A DNA stretch of 26,474 nucleotides from Paraspadella gotoi (lineage: Eukaryota > Animalia > Chaetognatha): positions 1 to 26,474 of the forward strand of contig JBJCIZ010000782.1 in assembly GCA_051294375.1 (NCBI GenBank), written 5' to 3'. This document shows, in pieces, positions 1 to 10,410 of this stretch; positions within the stretch are counted from its first letter, which is position 1, and each line of letters opens with the position of its first letter. Position numbers and translations under genes: made by a program. The notes under the pieces were generated by a model. That model saw only the letters and a program-made list of their open reading frames with translations. It was not told the DNA's origin and did not search any database.

Positions 1-255
1 TCTTAAATCGAAATCTATCGAATGCCACCAACTCGTTGAGGGAGCGCCACTACCCGTACTTGTGTCTTCACAAAATCAGAATGCAGCCTGTACACTGCCC
101 TTGAAGGACTAAGTTCTCTTTCTTTGCAGATAATTCTCTCTCTTAATTTTAAGTTAGCCACATATCTGATAGTATTCAAAAATAAGAGATGTCGTTCGCT
201 AAATATGACTCGTATTCTCGTGTGTCGATCGGGCCCTTTTAAGAGTTTTCAAGAC

Positions 256-1257
256 TTAGTTAATCACCTTATCTTTTCTTTTAAGAACGTAAACTTCGAG
301 GTCTTGTGTTTTCTGCTCTTTCAACTCGTCATATATCTTTCGTTTTAGATCGAATGAAGTTTCGTTGTTCTCCGTTTCGGATTCTCTCAGTATCTGTTGT
401 TCCTCAATGTAACGTTCACGAATTTCGACCGATGACGACAAGAAGAGCACGGCGAGTTTTCGAAACAGTCATGAGGTTTGCAAAATGTTTTTTTGAAATA
501 TTACGTTGACCAGTTGGATTTAGATTTGTTTTTTGAGAAGGGCAAAGCAATAACGTGAGATAACGGGATGGACGCGAGGCAGTCGGAGATTGGAATAGGA
601 ATGAAGACTGTTACGAGGAAGAGATGATAAAGAAAATGATGCGAGCAATATAAGGAAAATGAGATGAATCGATTTAAATTGATTGAAATAATCAGAGGAA
701 TAGCGAAATGGAATCGACGATTGGCTAATGTGTAAACACAGGAAAAAGGTTTTTCGGCAATGGATTTGAGAAAGTCGCGGATTTAGGAGGCAGCGGACAT
801 TTTCTCCAGCCAAAACGTATCGTAAGATATTGTCAAAACTGTTCGGAGTCATACACGATGTATAGCGACTCGTTTTCCAACCTCGGTTAAGGATGCCTCT
901 CGGCGATCTTTTGGATGCGGAGTTAGTTTTATCCGGGCTTGAAGTACATTTCGTCGGGACCTCCGACGATCAACGATGGAGTCAATTTCCAGCGCGACTT
1001 TAAATGGAAATCTGAAACCGTCGGTTACGCCATCATGGCAGGTTGAATTCGAGTTGTATGCGAGCGGTTTTTGTTCATTCGCGTTCGGACGTCAGTCTCT
1101 GAGCAAAAGTTCCTTCAAGAATACAAATCCTCTGTTGCTGGCAGAGACGTTTTTTCGTTATCAAGTGAAGCAAGCGAGGCGTCTCTCCCATTGACATTTC
1201 TTCGGTGTTGGATGAGCTTGGTTTCTTTGTAGATGCGTCCGCATTCAGTAGCATCGC
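256..1257 (-). CDS. Further coding-like accessory segments (C) near the element 3' end
   Basis: Stop-free minus frame from about 1089 to 520; charged helical ORF 256-450 (EIRERYIEEQQILRESE...LKRKIYDELKEQK). No recognised homology. Confidence 0.35.
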
Positions 1258-1345
1258 CTGACGTAGGATATTATATATTTTTTTTAAATTTTTTTATTTT
1301 TAATGTGATTATTTAAAGATTATTAACAAAGCTTATGATTCAAAT

Positions 1346-1709
1346 TTATTTATCCTCCTCGTCTTCGAGGATGAGGTTTTCTTTCCAACGATATTCCAAT
1401 TATCCAATGAGGCGAGTTGACTCCAAATAGACCCAACTGAGGAAAATATTTTATCTCAAATTTGGATTTTATTGTTTTCCATACAAATTTTAAATGTACA
1501 TGTTGTAATTATCTGTCAAATTAGTTAGAGAAGAGAGAGAGAGAGGATGAGAGAGATTTTGTAATTAAACTGTAATTGATACCTTTGAGAGGTCTTGACA
1601 GACCTCGACGTCAGGGGACTCGGGAGACTTGAGTAAACTCGTCTATAATGAGAGCTTCCTCGTCCTGCAGAATGTATTCCAAGTTCTCGATCAGTTCGAC
1701 GTCACCCAT
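1346..1709 (-). CDS. Putative small two-exon acidic accessory gene B (frame uncertain)
   Basis: TTTCAG acceptor at 1739-1734, ATG at 1709 (MGDVELIENLEYILQDEEALIIDEF), intron 1582-1437 (AAAG|gtatc...ttttcctcag), last exon reading LEYRWKENLILEDEEDK* in one frame. Needs frame correction. Confidence 0.4.
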
Positions 1710-2002
1710 CTTGAATTTATTTATAGGTTTTCTCTGAAATAAGTTGGTGATATTTTTTATCACAGGTCAAATAATTTTATCAAAAATTAGGATATGACGC
1801 AAAAACAGTTTTAAAGGCAGGTGCGAAAAAACAAGAATTTAAAGTTCGCGACATACGCGACAAAAAATTGATCAAGAACTTGTGGCAACCGGTGGTGCTT
1901 TGTCGGTTGAACAGAGAAAGAAGAGCGTAAAAGATGCTCGGTAACAATAGTGGGAAAAATATGCTCCGCGAATTTGAGATTAAGCGGAAAAGAAATGAAT
2001 TG

Positions 2003-2831
2003 TCAGTAAAAGACATCAGTGTTTACGAGAAGTTGCTCTTTCCCTTTCCAAAGCGAGCGACAGGAGAACGACTTCTTTTCTTGGTCTAAACGCGCCCTTT
2101 CCCCGACAACTCTCCCGGAATAATCAGCTCGGTCAGTCGCTTCATGGGCGACTGTCGTCTGCTCCTCATCCGTTTCGTGTCTTGGCAGTATGCCTAGGAA
2201 CAGATGATTTAAAATTAATTTTGTTAAAGGTTTTTATTTTAAGATTAAATTTCATTGAGTTTCTGTAAGCAATTTCATTAAAAATAATATCACCTATGTC
2301 ATCAAATTGGCTGGCATTGATGCCGTTGAAGTAAGTTTTGATTTGTTGTTTGCAGACGTGCTTTTCACGACTGCAAGTTTTGACGTTGGGATTGAATGAG
2401 ACGGTTTTGTCCGATGTCAAATTCGGATTGACATGGTTACGAAATCCTTCTGATCATTCTAAATGATTTAACAAATAATATTATTATAAAGTTAAGTGAC
2501 AAACAATAGGGATCTAACCTTGGATGAAAGGTGACGGATTTGTTTTGAGTGAAGAATTTCGGTAAGTTGTGTCAAAGTGCCATCTAGGCGTGGAAGAAGG
2601 AATTCTGGCGAGGACGACGAGATGTCAGCTTGTGGGGTACATAGAGCAGGAGACTTTGGGGGCGTAAAATGTCCGGCACGGAGTTGGGACTCGTTTTGGA
2701 GACTTGAGAATTGATTTAGGAGTCGGTACTGATGCGTTTCCCGTCGGAGATTCAGAGTTCACATTGGTTTTCCCGTTTCCAAATGACGAGAGGGTACGGT
2801 AGAATCGTCGATAAAGATTCAAGTCGTTCAT
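2003..2831 (-). CDS. Putative three-exon accessory gene A 3' of pol (about 220 codons, S/T/P-rich, SILK and RVxF-like motifs); one internal stop or local frame errors
   Basis: Exons 2831-2519, 2449-2294 and 2193-2003 join in one frame across GT-AG introns 2518-2450 and 2293-2194 (both phase 1, AT-rich). Single TGA at 2627-2625. Confidence 0.6.
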
Positions 2832-2957
2832 ATGTCGACATTTTCAAAGGATTTAGAGGTAAATTTGGACTGGATCTGAATAAATTTAATGGTAATGCTG
2901 CAATAAAAATACGCGCAATTTCAAGAGAAGTGAGATGTGTGCAATAAGAATTCAAAC

Positions 2958-3130
2958 TTAGGGATCGAGTTCTAAGGGAATTAAAGATTTAAGGTGACGA
3001 CGCAGTGTTTTTTTGTTAGCGAGTTTCACGGTCGCTTCGCGTGGGTGAGGTCCATCACCCCAGACTTCAGTTATCACACCTAATTTCCACCCCTCGCGAG
3101 GCATGATAGGGTCCATAAGTAATACAACAA
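2958..3130 (-). CDS. pol: C-terminal end of integrase (DUF5641-like) with pol stop codon
   Basis: VVLLMDPIMPREGWKLGVITEVWGDGPHPREATVKLANKKTLRRHLKSLIPLELDP*, a typical Bel/Pao terminus. Confidence 0.9.
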
Positions 3131-3147
3131 AAAAAATGAGAGAGGAT

Positions 3148-3409
3148 TTATTCCGTTTACGTTTCAAATAATTTGAAAATTGAATAATTGCTTCAGAAAC
3201 ATAAGCTATTCTTCTTACCTTTAAGGAAAAGTTTTCAACTTTTTCCGTCATTTTTAGCACCAATTCATTTCGGAGTTTATTTCAACATTCAAGTTGGGAT
3301 ATTCTTTTGTTGCTCCCAGATATATTAATTCAACTGGAGAATAAATGCTGTGAAAATGTAAAGAATTTAAATTTGGATCAGAAATGAATTATTTTTCGTT
3401 GTTGCGCAA
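3148..3409. repeat. Direct repeat copy 1 (about 262 bp), near-identical to 5028-5291
   Basis: Aligned by eye: identical except for two 1-bp indels. Confidence 0.95.
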
Positions 3410-3754
3410 TAAAAGTCACAACCTGTAATGAGTTCTTCTTGCAGGTCAGGGCAAGAGGAAATGTCTTCTTCCAATGTCGCGGGTCGGAGGGCCAATCAGG
3501 AGCCGGATTTTCGACTGCATCTTTGTCGCGTCATTCGGGATTGGAAGTATTGCCGCGATGCTTGAGGTTTCACAAGGTCTGGTAGGAGAGTGTGACGAAT
3601 GAGAAGACGATAATTTTCCCGCCTTTTTGAGTGAGGTTGTGATTCGTTTTTCACTAACCTTTTAGAAATATCTGAGATATTGATTATGTTTTTGCCAATC
3701 AGCTTCAGCAATTTTAACCAATCTGGGCCCAAGTGAAATAGTTTCCAATTTTTT
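3148..3754 (-). other. Displaced pol segment (post-RNase H linker) lying inside the integrase C-terminus
   Basis: Starts with KNWKLFHLGPDWL, the W..GP.WL motif that normally follows NPAD..SRG. Its far end duplicates 5028-5291. It abuts the 25-N gap. Confidence 0.85.
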
Positions 3755-3779
3755 NNNNNNNNNNNNNNNNNNNNNNNNN
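3755..3779. other. Assembly gap (25 N)
   Basis: Run of N. Confidence 1.
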
Positions 3780-5291
3780 CGCGTCCAGGGTATAAGGAGT
3801 CTTGAGAAGAAAACCATTTGCATCGCTTCTGCAGTGAAGTTACGTATTCGGACGACCAGCGACGCCAGAAATTTTCAATGATTTCCTTTACGCATTTCCA
3901 AGAGGCACGTAGTTTGTCACCTTCAGAAGGAGAATAAGGAATTATACTAACTGCAGATGAAGTATGTAAATAAGGGTATAACAGGTTTAAAGGAGAAAAG
4001 AACCTCTGGTTATTATTATCACTTGAAACATAAGTGAGAGGACGGCGATTAAGAATGCCTGATATTTCAGCCAAGATAGTAGAAAATGTATCAATATCTA
4101 ACTCACTGGGTAAAGCTGCTTTGAGATGCTTTTTTGTCATTCCTACGGCGCGTTCCCAGACTCCTCCCAATGAGACGCCAGAGGAGGGCCAAAGGTCCAG
4201 GAGATTTGTTGCTTCGCGATCTCTTCGCCAAACTTTTCGTCATCCTGAATGAGTTTAAATTCGCGTTTTATTTTCTATCAGCACCAACAAAGTTAGTACC
4301 ATTATCTGATACAATATTTTTTAAACCAGGAAAATGATTTTTAAAACGAATGATAGCATTGATTACAGCGGGCGTTGACATATCACGTAAGATTTCAAAT
4401 GCAATAGCCCTCGTTGTAAAACATGTAAAGAGTAAAATATATTTTGAATTGTAGCCTCTACCTGCGTGTTTTACTTTGTACGGTCCAAACACGTCCAGGC
4501 CGCTAGTGTAGAAAGGAATAGTCGGATCAAGTCGCGACGATGGATAATCTGCCATCTTTTGGAATGTGGCTTCTTGAATGTCTTTTGACAGATAAGACAT
4601 TTATGAATAACATTGTCCACACAGGATCGTCCTCCTAAAAGAGAAAATTCTTTTTTTAAAGAATGAAAGGTGGCTGCAGTGCCAGCATGAAATAATGATA
4701 AATGTTCATAACGTATTAAAGATTGTACAACTTCATCCTTTTTAGGAAGTATGAGGGGGAATTTAGATTCATAATCAAGAGTATTACTATTTCTTAGTCT
4801 TCCTCCTGTTCTTAAACAGCCAAATTTATCAAGAAATGGGTTTAATGAAACAATATTAGAATTTCTTGTTCTTAATTCATTGTGGGAGTCAGGAGAAAGA
4901 CTCCAAGTTTAAAGAGTTCCGTCATTTCTTTTGAAAAATGTTTTAATTGAACAGATTTAATTAATTTAAGTTTGGCGGATTTTAAGTTTTCAGCTGTTAA
5001 TTTTATTTTATATTTAAGTGAGCGGGGTTATTCCGTTTACGTTTCAAATAATTTGAAAATTGAATAATTGCTTCAGAAACATAAGCTATTCTTCTTACCT
5101 TTAAGGAAAAGTTTTCAACTTTTTCCGTCATTTTTAAGCACCAATTCATTTCGGAGTTTATTTCAACATTCAAGTTGGGATATTCTTTTGTTGCTCCCAG
5201 ATATATTAATTCAACTGGAGAATAAATGCTGTGAAAATGTAAAGAATTTAAATTTGGATCAGAAGATGAATTATTTTTCGTTGTTGCGCAA
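3780..5291 (-). pseudogene. pol: RH-IN linker plus integrase (HHCC zinc finger, DDE core, start of DUF5641-like C-terminus), frameshifted
   Basis: Manual translation of 4560-5020: LNPFLDKFGCLRTGGRL..FPLILP..EHLSLFHAG..KCLICQK. Then GLDVFGP, SDNGTNFVGA, GGVWERAV, LNRRPL, FWRRWSSEYVTSLQKR. Confidence 0.95.
5028..5291. repeat. Direct repeat copy 2 of 3148-3409
   Basis: Same alignment; both ORF translations share KMTEKVENFSLKVRRIAYVSEAIIQFSNYLKRKRN. Confidence 0.95.
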
Positions 5292-6525
5292 ATTTGTACA
5301 ATTAGCCAATTTCGATTTCCATTCGGCTTTTTTCTGATTTTCAATAAACGATTCATCTCATTTTGTTCGCCATTTTTATCTCGACCACCTACACTTGAAT
5401 GGCAGGCGGTGGGTCCACCTCAATGGTGGGATTACACGCGACAAAGAGATGGCAAAGAATAATTCTTTGTTGGTTTTTTTTTTTGTGTCACTGAGTGGAT
5501 ATGCGAAATTGGACTAACGTTTCTCCTGCTTCGTTAAAGTCTCTGCAATTGAAAACAACATCATTTTTTGCGGTGAACGTTCGTCAATCAAAGGGCAATA
5601 CTGGAGCACGTCAGCGTCACGTTCTATGGGCAAGTTTTTTGGAACGCCGAAAAGACCATGTGGATCGGCGATGAGATGGGAGTATGTTTTGAGACCAAGT
5701 GGATCATGTTTGCGTTTGCGGCACATGCACCGTAGTCACTTGTAGAATGTACTGAGGATAGCCCTGGTTATGCCTCCTACCGCCACAGAGGACTCTGCGT
5801 CACGATGCTACGTCATCACTCTTTTCAAAAGTGCTAAATGTGTGCTCATCGTTTTGTGCTGTTCACTGTGTTCATGGGGTGCTATGCAACTTCATCACAA
5901 ACTTGATGTGCTTTTCGTGATTCATAATCAGAACTTCGTAATTTTTTTTCATGTGTGAATTTACCAACGCTACCGTATATTTTGCTAAATTATTATTAAA
6001 TTTTCATTTTGATATTTTAGCATTATTTAGCTTTAACTGGCCAAAAAGAAGTACTGTGATGTGTACTTTTATTTTAGAAAAGTGGCCGTTTTTAATTTAA
6101 TTTTATTTGCTTTACCTTTGATACTCAATTTTTTGCTTTCTTTGGTGCGTGGCCGAGTGGAGATCCTAGATTTTATTATTAGTAAGAAAGTAAATAAAAT
6201 GCCGGCCGAATTCTTTAAAAATTCGCAAATGCCCGCTAAGAAATATTTTTGCTCCCTCTGTTCAAACGCCGGTCGGCAAAAGCGTTACCTTATTTTGAAA
6301 GTATTTTAACTTGTTTACTTTACAAATGTTAAACCAAATTTTCTTCTTCTCTTCTCGCCAATAATAAAATGAATGCCACTTTGTACAATTAGCCTAATTC
6401 GAATTCGGGCATTCGCTTTTCTGATTTCAATAAATCGATTCATCTGCATTTTGTTCGCCCCATTTTTTATTCGTCGATGCTTTTCCCCGTTGCTCTTTTG
6501 CTCTTTATTACTGGACATCGAAATA

Positions 6526-8117
6526 TGCCACGGTTCTAAGCGATCGACACGACATCTTAGGCTTCTCTTTGTTCTAACTTAAGTAGCAGAATTCGAAGGC
6601 AGTGTACGCTGTTCTGATTGGTGCCCGTGATTTCGATAGATTTTCGATAAGATTCTTATCGATTCTACCCACGTGGCATCTTCAGATTGCAAAAGTTGTC
6701 ACTGGGTTTTTTAGTTTCTTTTTCAGAGCTTATTTTAGACTCTTATCAGATATCTCGGAATCCTTATTTTTTGTGTGATCGCTTGGTTTGGTGGAACTTT
6801 TCTTTGAAGAAGCATCTCTAATTTTTGCATATTATTGGCTCAAGAACAAGTAAGACACTTTAAATTATATATATTTGCTGAGTTTGTAGCTAAATGTTTT
6901 TTTGGTTATTATCTTTTGCCCAGGACTTCTACAAGCTACAATCAAGCTACTCCTTCAACGACTTACAAGCTTTAGCAGACATTTCGTCAGTCGCTGGGCT
7001 TAGTGGACAGTCGTTATTTCGGCCTTAGCGACGTCGTCTACTGAGACTGTGCGGGCGAGCCCTCTGCCACGAGTGCTAAGGATCGGGAAATTAGCGTTGC
7101 TCTTTTGTCAACAACCTTGCCTAGAAATCCGTTTAGTGATTCCCGATTCCTCAGCGCTTTCTTGAGGATTTTTGGGGAATTATTTTGCTGCCATTTTGTT
7201 GAAGCCTGCGAGTTTGGATAGGAGTACCAGTAAGGGATTTAATAGTTAGGAGATTTTTCTGTCCTCAACACCCACTACCATTTTTTGCCCTTTTTAGGAT
7301 TTGAACTCGCGCTCTTCTTCTTTTGTCACATAACTTGTGCATTGGATTATCATTACCAATATATGGGTTTTTGCCCCCTTTAATGATTATCCAAGTTCCC
7401 TAATCATCTCCTAGAAACAGCAGGGAAAAATCATAGCATGAGAAGATCAAAATTTACCCATTTTCTACATTCAAATCTGATCCTAAAACTATAACTCTAA
7501 GGTTAAAAACGCGGTAATTTGATGCCTGCCTTCGTGTAAAGCTGCCGAGTGAGCTTCGAAGGTGGTATTTAAAACGAACACTGCAAGGCTGTCGAGCAAG
7601 GTGACAGATATTGGATCTTGAGCTGTAGATTGCTCTTGGGCTTAATGATTAAATTAAAATAGTTCCGGACTAAACTCAGAGGTTATATCCGAGTTTTTGC
7701 ACGTCGAGGGGACCCAAGGTGAAATTTTTTGTGATCTAAAATGCCAAGATCTTTTGGGCCGCTCGTTAATGGAAGATTATTTTAATGATAAATACTAACA
7801 AATAGGGCGAAAGAGAGTAAAGAAATTTTGTTAATGAATTAAACAAAACAGTTGAGAGATTTTAATTGAAAGGCATCGAGTTGCCAAAGTGATCCGACTC
7901 CGGAAGTTCAAAGAGGCAGTCCGTGCCAGAGAGCAAAGTCCGAGTTTCGTGTCGTGTTTTATTCGGAATTCCATTCGTGTTTATTCTGTTTTTGGAAAGC
8001 GATAGAGTAATCGTATATTAGATCCCTAACCGTATTATGTTTTTCTTTCCGCACCGTTATTGTTTCATTCGTTATTGCCACTTGTCTAATTTATCTGTGA
8101 CCGTTTCCGTATCTGCG
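6526..8117 (+). other. Probable LTR/5' leader of the second element, with two short GT-AG intron-like segments (6850-6923, 7230-7297)
   Basis: Lies upstream of the plus-strand gag; gtaaga...ttttgcccag and gtaagg...ctttttag; 6541-6652 resembles the reverse complement of 1-231. Confidence 0.4.
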
Positions 8118-9720
8118 ATGGAAGGGTCATTTAATCGATAGTTTAGAAGGGAAAGGGGGAAAGGGATGTGAGCGATTGTTCGAGTGGACGAGTACGGTCT
8201 CTGGTCCACGAACCCCGTTCCGTTATCTCGCAGTCCGTCCTGACTGCTTCCTCAGCTCCTCCCCTCCTCCTATTGCTTCAAAACCATGATCGTTTCTCTT
8301 CCTTCCGCCGTCGCCGCCGAAATATCGCGAGTTCGATCGTTCTGCGCTGACAAATCTCGTCGGCCCACACGCGGACGTTTCTGCGCATTTTTCCTTAACG
8401 CTAGGCGAGGAGCCCGTCATTCTTCTCCTAATAACTCGGTAACGTCCGTACGCATACGGATTCGCCTCGAGCAGAAAGGAGACTAACAAGGTTAGCCAAT
8501 AAGCGGAGCTGAGATTGGAATCGATCGAAAGAAATTGAAATGAACGGAAAAAAGCTGACGTAGAAGAAATCCTTAGAGAAATATAATTAACTGAACTCGA
8601 ACGAAAAGCTGAAAATGAAAAATTTGAAATGGAAATAAATCAAATGCATCAAGAGATTAGAAGATCACGTGATAATGTTTTCCAAAACGCAATAACTTCT
8701 AGGCACGGGTTTAAAACGCCGAGAGGATCGCACAATGGCTCGTTCATCGACGTCGCCGTCCGTAGTTAAAACAAGTCCGTGTGTTTCTAGGGATGCTCGA
8801 AGAGTTTGAAAAAAAGACAGTCTGTCCTGTTCTGCGACTCAGGTTGATTTTCCCCTCCCAACCAATCTAATTGTTATGTGTCTCAGTGTCTCAGAGGGTT
8901 TCCGGTCCGTTTCAGTGCTTTCGCGTCTGATTTCGCACACCCAACTAAAGGTTACGGAGAATTTTCATACAGGCAGTACCATTATCCACACAGGACAGGC
9001 ACAGTTGTGACCGATACTGAAAGCGAAATGGACTCGCATTTGCCCAGCTTTGTTTCCATTCAGAAGACCGCAACTCATAGCTTTCACGATGATGCATAGA
9101 GGAGACCGAAAATTAAAGGTTTAAATGGTAAGGAACAAGAGGATTGATTTTTGAAAGCCAGTTGATTTTGTTTAAACATCTTTAGCTTTAATTATGGTTG
9201 GAGTGAATGATCAGAATGTTTGATGAGTGAGATAAGGGAGTATTTTGATGGAGATGCTTGCGAGTTATAAATATCACAATATGAGGCTTCAAGTGATTCA
9301 CTGGGGGCCGCTAAAAAAGGTTCGGGAAAGGCCTTGAACGAGTTGAAGTTTGGAAAGAAAAAAAAGATACTACATCGGCCCACCAAATGTTTGGAAGAGC
9401 TTTTGAGGGACCCGAAGATTTAAAACAGGGGATTTTTGCTATGGCCGCTAGAAACCTTTGTTCTCCGATAATGGAAGAAGTTTCATTATTCAGTGCGATT
9501 GAAAACTAAGAGGTGGAGGCGACTTTTTCTCACTTTAGAAACGTACCGGGATAGATTGTTTTCAAAAAAAATTGCTTTCTTAGCACTTTCTTAAGCAGCA
9601 CTTGTGGCAAAGAGGATGATCGATTCGGAATGGGAAGAAGTTGCAGAGTGCTGAGTGGCTTTAAAAATTAAATATTCTAAATAATCTCGATGAAGAGTAA
9701 AATGAAGTTGATGCATTTGT
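8118..9720 (+). pseudogene. gag: Gag fragment of a second, related Bel/Pao element in the opposite orientation (very noisy sequence)
   Basis: Plus-strand translation RRPKIK..NGKEQE...MSEIREYFDGDACEL*ISQYEASSDSLGA...LKFGKK...LEELLRDPKI aligns with the main Gag RRPKTKFSGKDK...MRLNELKEYFSGDAQIIISQYETSSDYTDA...LNFGRK...LDDLLKGPRL. An E/K coiled coil lies at 8540-8670. Confidence 0.8.
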
Positions 9721-9726
9721 TAAACC

Positions 9727-10410
9727 CGTGTCGTCGGCTTCAATGCCACGACTTGCGAGATCCGCCGGGTTTTCGTGACCGGGGACGTGACGCCATTCTG
9801 AAATATTAGAAAGGGAACGGATTTTCTTTAGTCTAAAATTTTCAAAAGATTTAAACCTAGTAACCCAATCATTTATCCAACGTAATATTGTCATAGAATC
9901 AGTAAACATTATAATTTGGTCAAATGTTTCGCCTGACTCTCTAACGATTAAATCTCTCATCTGAGCTGCTAATCTGGCCGCTGTTAGTTCTAATTTTGGA
10001 ATACTGTCCCCATGGTCCTCCTGATTTTCAATTAAAACTTTTTGCATTTGGAGCGGAACTACATGGGATTTTGCAAGCATTAGTGATACATTGCAATCTG
10101 AACGATCATGGTTAGATTTTTTTATATATGCAGTCATTCCGTAACCGTCGAAGCTTGCATCGGAAAAAACAAATAATTCCGTGAAAGTCACGTCAAGACC
10201 TAATTTTGAAGTCCATCTAGGAATTTTAATCTTTTTAAGATTGTAAATCTTTTTTCGCCAATTATTAAAATCATTAAGAATCTCATTAGGGATTTCGTCG
10301 TCCCATTCTAAACGTAAATTTGTTGCTTTCTGAAAATTTATCCGACCTTTTAAAATAAAAGGGGAGACTAAACCTAGGGGATCATAAACAGAGGCAACTA
10401 ATTTTAACAT
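9727..10410 (-). CDS. pol: RNase H / Pao peptidase A17 (PF05380-like) region of pol; homology stops at about 9727
   Basis: ASVYDPLGLVSP, IPRW, FVFSDASFDGYG, AKSHVVP, SIPKLELTAA, FTDSMTILRWI, WRHVPGHENPADLASRG in ORF 9661-10410. The last ~18 residues of that ORF are not pol-like. Confidence 0.95.

Noticed and set aside
2625-2627. In-frame TGA codons in accessory ORFs suggesting a variant genetic code
   Set aside because: The pol stretches I translated show no in-frame TGA at conserved positions and use TGG for Trp; indel errors or decay explain it more simply.
231-2957. env gene 3' of pol, as in some Bel/Pao elements
   Set aside because: No long cysteine-rich glycoprotein-like frame, signal peptide or clear membrane anchor recognised.
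7487-7504. aactataactctaaggtt resembling the LSU rRNA homing-endonuclease/R2 target region
   Set aside because: Short, gapped match with no flanking rRNA similarity.
8146-8175. Purine run followed by TG (agaagggaaagggggaaaggga-TGTG), resembling a polypurine tract plus LTR start
   Set aside because: It reads as the N-terminus of the plus-strand Gag (EGKG-RDVSDCSSGR) and is followed by Gag homology, not an LTR.
8202-8216. TGGTCCACGAACC resembling a tRNA-Tyr primer-binding site
   Set aside because: Imperfect match, lies inside the second gag frame, and has no preceding LTR CA end.
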